Shown here: positions 59,928 to 64,000 of the stretch, piece by piece
How the letters are laid out: each line of letters opens with the position of its first letter
Position numbering within the stretch: the first letter of the stretch is position 1
IMG/VR virus record: IMGVR_UViG_3300034101_004588
Coordinates: 62,001-126,000 of that record
Reading direction: 5' to 3' (one strand)
Length of the DNA: 64,000 nt
The notes under the pieces: generated by a model
The model's input: the letters and a program-made list of their open reading frames with translations, nothing else
The model's database searches: none
Told to the model about the DNA's origin: nothing
Made by a program: the position numbers and the translations under genes

Positions 59928-60227
59928 ATGAATACCGAAGTTAAAAATAACATAGTAACACCAAATATAAACAACAAAGACATTTTCCAAGAATCTATGG
60001 AGCTATCTCGTTGGATAGCTTTATATGAAGCGGTTAATCTTATTGCAGATGCCGCAGAAGATAAAAATATACCTTTTGAAAAGGTTGAAATAAAACCTTT
60101 AGATGTCAGAGATTATATTGATAAAGTTGAAGACATCATTAACAGAGATGTTCTCAAAGAGATTTATGGTATAAATGTTTGTAAATTGAAAGAAGATAAC
60201 TTAGAGACAGAAATTTACAAGTATTAA
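59928..60227 (+). CDS. Hypothetical protein
   Basis: 99-aa ORF. Confidence 0.6.
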   Translation: MNTEVKNNIVTPNINNKDIFQESMELSRWIALYEAVNLIADAAEDKNIPFEKVEIKPLDVRDYIDKVEDIINRDVLKEIYGINVCKLKEDNLETEIYKY

Positions 60228-60862
60228 TAATCTCCATACACCAACGGATTGGAACATGGATTTTTATCATAATCAAAATTATTAACAGCTAATTGATCTG
60301 CTAAAGAATTGCTCTCCTCTGCAGTTTCAACAGAAGTGTTACCATCACCAGGTCCAGGACTACCTGGTTCATAACTGTAATCATAACGCTTAGCTTTAAA
60401 AAACCAAACATAATGCCCACCTAAAGGATTGATTTGAAATTCATCTATAACCTCTGTTAATTCATAGATAGTAGGACCTCTTTTTGGGTAGTTTAAACGA
60501 TCTATACCAAATTCAGTTAATTTCATTAAATCTCCAGCTTTAGGTTCGGCTGATACACCAAACACTTTAGTAAAATTGTCTGGATGTATTATGCCATTAA
60601 GATCACTATCTGCTATTATACCAAATTTTGACAATAGATATGAATCATTATTAAGATTTAACAAAACTGTAAGTTTTTGCGGGAGAGCATATCCAGAAGC
60701 TACGTTTTCTCCATAGGTAAAATTAAAACTAGAAAGAGTTGCTAGATTAGTATAAAAGTCAATTTCTTGACCGTAGATATTAATTTGTTCTTTTAACCAA
60801 TTATCAAAGTTTTGGCGTTCGTTTAAATTAGTATTTTTATTTAAATATCTTAAAGTTTCCAT
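60224..60862 (-). CDS. Neck/head-closure protein (gp14-like)
   Basis: EQINIYGQ, YGE, LSKFGI, PKAGDL, YELTEV, YDYSYE. Confidence 0.75.
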   Translation of the reverse strand: METLRYLNKNTNLNERQNFDNWLKEQINIYGQEIDFYTNLATLSSFNFTYGENVASGYALPQKLTVLLNLNNDSYLLSKFGIIADSDLNGIIHPDNFTKVFGVSAEPKAGDLMKLTEFGIDRLNYPKRGPTIYELTEVIDEFQINPLGGHYVWFFKAKRYDYSYEPGSPGPGDGNTSVETAEESNSLADQLAVNNFDYDKNPCSNPLVYGDY

Positions 60863-60864
60863 AA

Positions 60865-61185
60865 TTAAGGGTTATAAGTTACATAATAGTTATCATAATT
60901 CTTATGTAACTTAATGTTAGTTCTATTTAAAGATTTTGTAAAAGAAGGTTTGTTTTCTTTGTCTAAATTCAAATTATAAGTTTTTGCTAATTGCTCTGCT
61001 TTTAATTTATTTATTTTAATTTTTTGTGGTCTTTTATTTTTTAAAATTTTATCAACCAAAGGATCTTCTTTTCTTACACTTTTTGAATAAGGAACCCAAT
61101 TTAAATGTTTACGGGTCTGTGAACGGTTTTGAGATTGTTGGTGTTCTCTAGTATTTCGGGTTTTATAAAAATTAGAAAAAGACAT
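60865..61185 (-). CDS. Basic hypothetical late protein
   Basis: 106-aa ORF; TAAATA 6 nt before the ATG. Confidence 0.6.
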   Translation of the reverse strand: MSFSNFYKTRNTREHQQSQNRSQTRKHLNWVPYSKSVRKEDPLVDKILKNKRPQKIKINKLKAEQLAKTYNLNLDKENKPSFTKSLNRTNIKLHKNYDNYYVTYNP

Positions 61186-61200
61186 ATATTATATTTAGGC

Positions 61201-61232
61201 AAAAAAAAACTCCGCTTGCGGCGGAGTTTTTT
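61201..61232. terminator. Intrinsic terminator, potentially bidirectional
   Basis: A9-CTCCGC-ttgcg-GCGGAG-T6; on the minus strand the stem is followed by 9 U, just after the 61250 gene. Confidence 0.85.
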
Positions 61233-61249
61233 GTTTTAATTCAATTTTA

Positions 61250-62038
61250 TTATTTGTTATTGAACAGATCTCCTACTTTAACGGCATCTACTTTATTATC
61301 TTTGCCGGTTAAAGAATGACCTGCTGATTCTGGTTGTTTTTCTAATGTACCAGTACGAGCTTTACCTCCAGCTGCTGCGTCTGCTTTTTTCTTTTCTACT
61401 TTGAAAGCAGATACTTTATTGTCTGTTTTGCACATACCTGCTGACAATTTTTCTGAATCAACTAAGGCATGTCCTTTAACTTCTGCGTCTACAGCTTCTT
61501 TAACTTCTTCTTCTTCTTCTTCTGAACCCATTTCTTCTTCTGAATCCATTTCTTCTGATTCGTCAGAATCTGCTTCATCTAACATTTTTTCTAAAGCTGA
61601 TACAGCTGATTTGAGATGATCTAATACTGATGCTAAATCTCCTTCATCTTCGCTTTCTTCATCTTCTTCTGTTTCTACTTCTAGATCGCTATTCATTTCA
61701 ATTGGAGTTGAATCCATTTGTGAATCTAAGCTATCCATATCATTAGGATTAGCAGACCATGAAAAATTATCTTCTTTTAAAATTTTATTATAAAGAGCAT
61801 CAAAAGGATTTGTTGCTTCTACTTTAGTTGAAACCTTAGTTGGTTCTGATTCAACTGAATTATCTTTATCTTCTTTAGGATCTTCTAAACCTTCAACATT
61901 TTCTGTTGGGTCTGAAGGTTTTACTTCACTTGTTGGTCCTTCAAAAGTTTTTCCAGGAGTTACTGCACCGGTAACTACACCTGATGATAAAACGTTTTCG
62001 TTGATTAGTTGAGCGTATTTTTCTGCTAATGGGTCCAT
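61250..62038 (-). CDS. Highly acidic late protein, possible prohead core/scaffold
   Basis: ATG 62038 lies downstream of GGATAAATA (62058-62063); E/D-rich tracts; LINE and ILKE motifs; has its own terminator. Confidence 0.6.
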   Translation of the reverse strand: MDPLAEKYAQLINENVLSSGVVTGAVTPGKTFEGPTSEVKPSDPTENVEGLEDPKEDKDNSVESEPTKVSTKVEATNPFDALYNKILKEDNFSWSANPNDMDSLDSQMDSTPIEMNSDLEVETEEDEESEDEGDLASVLDHLKSAVSALEKMLDEADSDESEEMDSEEEMGSEEEEEEVKEAVDAEVKGHALVDSEKLSAGMCKTDNKVSAFKVEKKKADAAAGGKARTGTLEKQPESAGHSLTGKDNKVDAVKVGDLFNNK

Positions 62039-62081
62039 AATGTTTTGTATCTTGATATATTTATCCAATTAATGCCCACTT

Positions 62082-62885
62082 TCAATAATTTTTATTTAAA
62101 AGCTCTTCAGCTTCTCTTTTAACATTAAGGGTTTCTAACATCTGAAAATCGTTTTTATCTCCTATCCATACAATATGAGTATTATCAACGTCAAAACCTG
62201 TATTTTTTTCTATTATCAAACGGTATATCCAAAGTTGTAGGCTATATTTAATATGATCACAATAAGGCAAATGAGATATAGGTTCTAAGAAATGCTCGTC
62301 TCTGGGATTATTTTTTAAAATGGATTTATTAGTCTTATAATCAAAAATTTCTAACTTTTTGGTTTTTCTGTTCAATGACAAATTATCTATCGTGCCGCAT
62401 ATTAAATTTTTTGGATCTCCAACAACAAATTCGGATTTAATTAAAAAATAATTTTTCTTATACCATTTATAAAAATTTAAAAAGTTTTTAATAAGATGAG
62501 CTACTTCAGTATAATATTGACTGGTCAAATCTAAACTATTATTATTTTTTAAAAAGGTTTGTAAAGCTTCTTTATCTAAAACGTTTTGTTTTCTTTCTAT
62601 ATAATTTTCTGCAAAAAGGTGAAACTCTGAACCTTTATGAGAAGAATAATCTCGCTTAAAATCCCATAAAGCTAATACTTCATCAACTCTTAATCCATCC
62701 CTTTCAGAAATTATTCCAGCCATTTTTTCTCGAGGAAATTCTGGTGAATGATTTTTTAATAAACCGGTAACTGAACATTTAGCGTCTTTATTACCTATTT
62801 TGTAGGTATGATTTTTACTATAAAAAATTACGTCTTTAAAAGACTCTTCCAAAGTTATTAAATCTTCTACATTAAAACTTGACAT
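62082..62885 (-). CDS. PD-(D/E)XK exonuclease
   Basis: HTY, SVT, KGSEFH, SEF, CGTIDNL, IFDYKTN, YSLQLWIY. Confidence 0.85.
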   Translation of the reverse strand: MSSFNVEDLITLEESFKDVIFYSKNHTYKIGNKDAKCSVTGLLKNHSPEFPREKMAGIISERDGLRVDEVLALWDFKRDYSSHKGSEFHLFAENYIERKQNVLDKEALQTFLKNNNSLDLTSQYYTEVAHLIKNFLNFYKWYKKNYFLIKSEFVVGDPKNLICGTIDNLSLNRKTKKLEIFDYKTNKSILKNNPRDEHFLEPISHLPYCDHIKYSLQLWIYRLIIEKNTGFDVDNTHIVWIGDKNDFQMLETLNVKREAEELLNKNY

Positions 62886-63484
62886 TAAAGATATCTTACT
62901 ACAAAATTTTGTAGTTTTCCAGTAAATTGATGAATTTTATATACGAATTTGTAAATTATATTGCGCCTAATATAACGAACAATTTTAGTGTTTAAAAAAT
63001 ATTTGTTATACCAAAGCTTTGACTGCTCTTCGTATTTTTTAAAAATTTCTTGAGTTCTATGGTAATGTTCTGTAGTATCTTCTATACTTTGGTCGATCAA
63101 TTCCATAGAAGACAATTTACCATCTATAAATTTAGCTTCGTAATCTAAATTAATTGTAGTTTCTTTAACATTATTTTTTTCATCTTTTGAATGTATTACT
63201 TCATAGAAATAAAAAACTATTTTACCATGAAAGTTTTCGTTAATATTTTCTGAGCTGGTTTCTTTTAAATACCCTTTAAGAAACATTTCATCATTATCTT
63301 CCCATTCATACGTACATTTTTTTCTTAATAGATCTCCATCTTCTGTAATGGTATAAACTTTCATCAAATTTTCTAAAGATTTGGTTTGGAGTTCCAATTC
63401 ATAGACATCAAAGACTCCTAAGTCTAAAATGTCTTTGGTCACTGGCAACGGGTGGTTGCAAATTATATTATCAAACATTCCCAT
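62885..63484 (-). CDS. Hypothetical phage protein (MGMFD / QTK family)
   Basis: MGMFDNI...LP, QTKSL, FHG, AKFIDGKL. Confidence 0.65.
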   Translation of the reverse strand: MGMFDNIICNHPLPVTKDILDLGVFDVYELELQTKSLENLMKVYTITEDGDLLRKKCTYEWEDNDEMFLKGYLKETSSENINENFHGKIVFYFYEVIHSKDEKNNVKETTINLDYEAKFIDGKLSSMELIDQSIEDTTEHYHRTQEIFKKYEEQSKLWYNKYFLNTKIVRYIRRNIIYKFVYKIHQFTGKLQNFVVRYL

Positions 63485-63755
63485 ATTTTAAAGCTTCCTC
63501 TATAAGATTTACAATGATATCATTCACAGTTTTATTTTTTTCTAAAGACTCTTCAACTAAAAATTCAAAAATTTGTTTAGGCCATGAAGACGTATCTAGA
63601 TCAATGGTTACCCAAGGTTTAATAACAATATTTTTATTTTCATCAACATCTATTGATAATTTTTGTTGAGGTTTCCAACCCAGTTCTTGTATTTCTTCTT
63701 CTGAAAATTCTATATACAATTCTTTTTTTTCTTTAACTGTTTTGTATTTTTGCAT
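63471..63755 (-). CDS. AbrB/MazE-like DNA-binding protein
   Basis: YIEFSEEEIQELGWKPQQKLSI AbrB pattern; TTGATA-N16-TATCTT promoter at 63762-63789. Confidence 0.55.
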   Translation of the reverse strand: MQKYKTVKEKKELYIEFSEEEIQELGWKPQQKLSIDVDENKNIVIKPWVTIDLDTSSWPKQIFEFLVEESLEKNKTVNDIIVNLIEEALKYGNV

Positions 63756-63806
63756 TTTTTAAAGATAAATTGTTTTTTTAACTTATCAACAGTTTTTTAA
63801 ATGTTT

Positions 63807-63998
63807 TTAGGTTTTACTGTTGTTTTCATTATATAATTTTAAATATTTTGAATCTTTGTTGTAATATTCTTTTAAAGATAAAAATTTATCTGGAAGTTGT
63901 TTGTAAATTTCTGGTTTGTTGTAAGGAAACGGATACCATTTTTTATCTCTATAAGTTGCCCAATAAGATAATAAATAAGCGTTTGCTTTTTGAATATA
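63807..63998 (-). CDS. 3' end of a hypothetical gene that starts beyond the window
   Basis: Open frame YIQKANAYLLSYWATYRDKKWYPFPY...NNSKT* read by hand; not in the ORF track. Confidence 0.6.
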   Translation of the reverse strand, partial: YIQKANAYLLSYWATYRDKKWYPFPYNKPEIYKQLPDKFLSLKEYYNKDSKYLKLYNENNSKT

Positions 63999-64000
63999 TT

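Noticed and set aside
37540-61619. Opposite-strand ORFs inside gp5, terL, the baseplate genes, phoH and the acidic protein
   Set aside because: Antisense shadows of confidently assigned genes.
62082-62885. Cas4 or CRISPR-associated interpretation of the exonuclease
   Set aside because: No four-Cys Fe-S cluster pattern, no other cas genes, and no repeat-spacer array seen in the window.
1-64000. Stop-codon reassignment
   Set aside because: Core genes are full length under the standard code, and TAA, TGA and TAG all terminate genes.

Overview
A 64-kb, strongly AT-rich (roughly 25-30% GC by eye), densely coding segment of a large T4-like myovirus, translated with the standard code. From left to right it contains: (1) the 3' part of a long tail-fibre gene with an S74 chaperone, then a lysis cassette (lipoprotein, coiled-coil membrane protein, holin-like protein, M15 endolysin); (2) a plus-strand replication/recombination block (UvsY, UvsW, gp55 late sigma, gp47, gp46, family B polymerase, ThyX, UvsX, gp41 helicase, DHH protein, gp32, gp45); (3) a minus-strand tail/baseplate/packaging block (gp5 spike, hub, gp3, large terminase, gp53, gp48, tape measure, gp54, tube, sheath, neck); and (4) PhoH plus small hypothetical genes. 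The most notable biology is an array of 11 translationally coupled glycosyltransferase/methyltransferase genes inserted between gp47 and gp46, and a 7-deazaguanine pathway (FolE2, QueD, QueE, DpdA-like; no QueC/QueF in the window) interleaved with the replisome genes, with a GT-B glycosyltransferase between queE and the polymerase. Together these suggest a possible sugar-decorated DNA or virion modification system. Other signals are a gp5 spike carrying two peptidoglycan-hydrolase domains, sigma70-type promoters with a uniform 16-bp spacer and late promoters placed to give leaderless mRNAs, and an apparent enrichment of CCGG. All protein calls come from motif recognition and synteny by eye; no database search was run.
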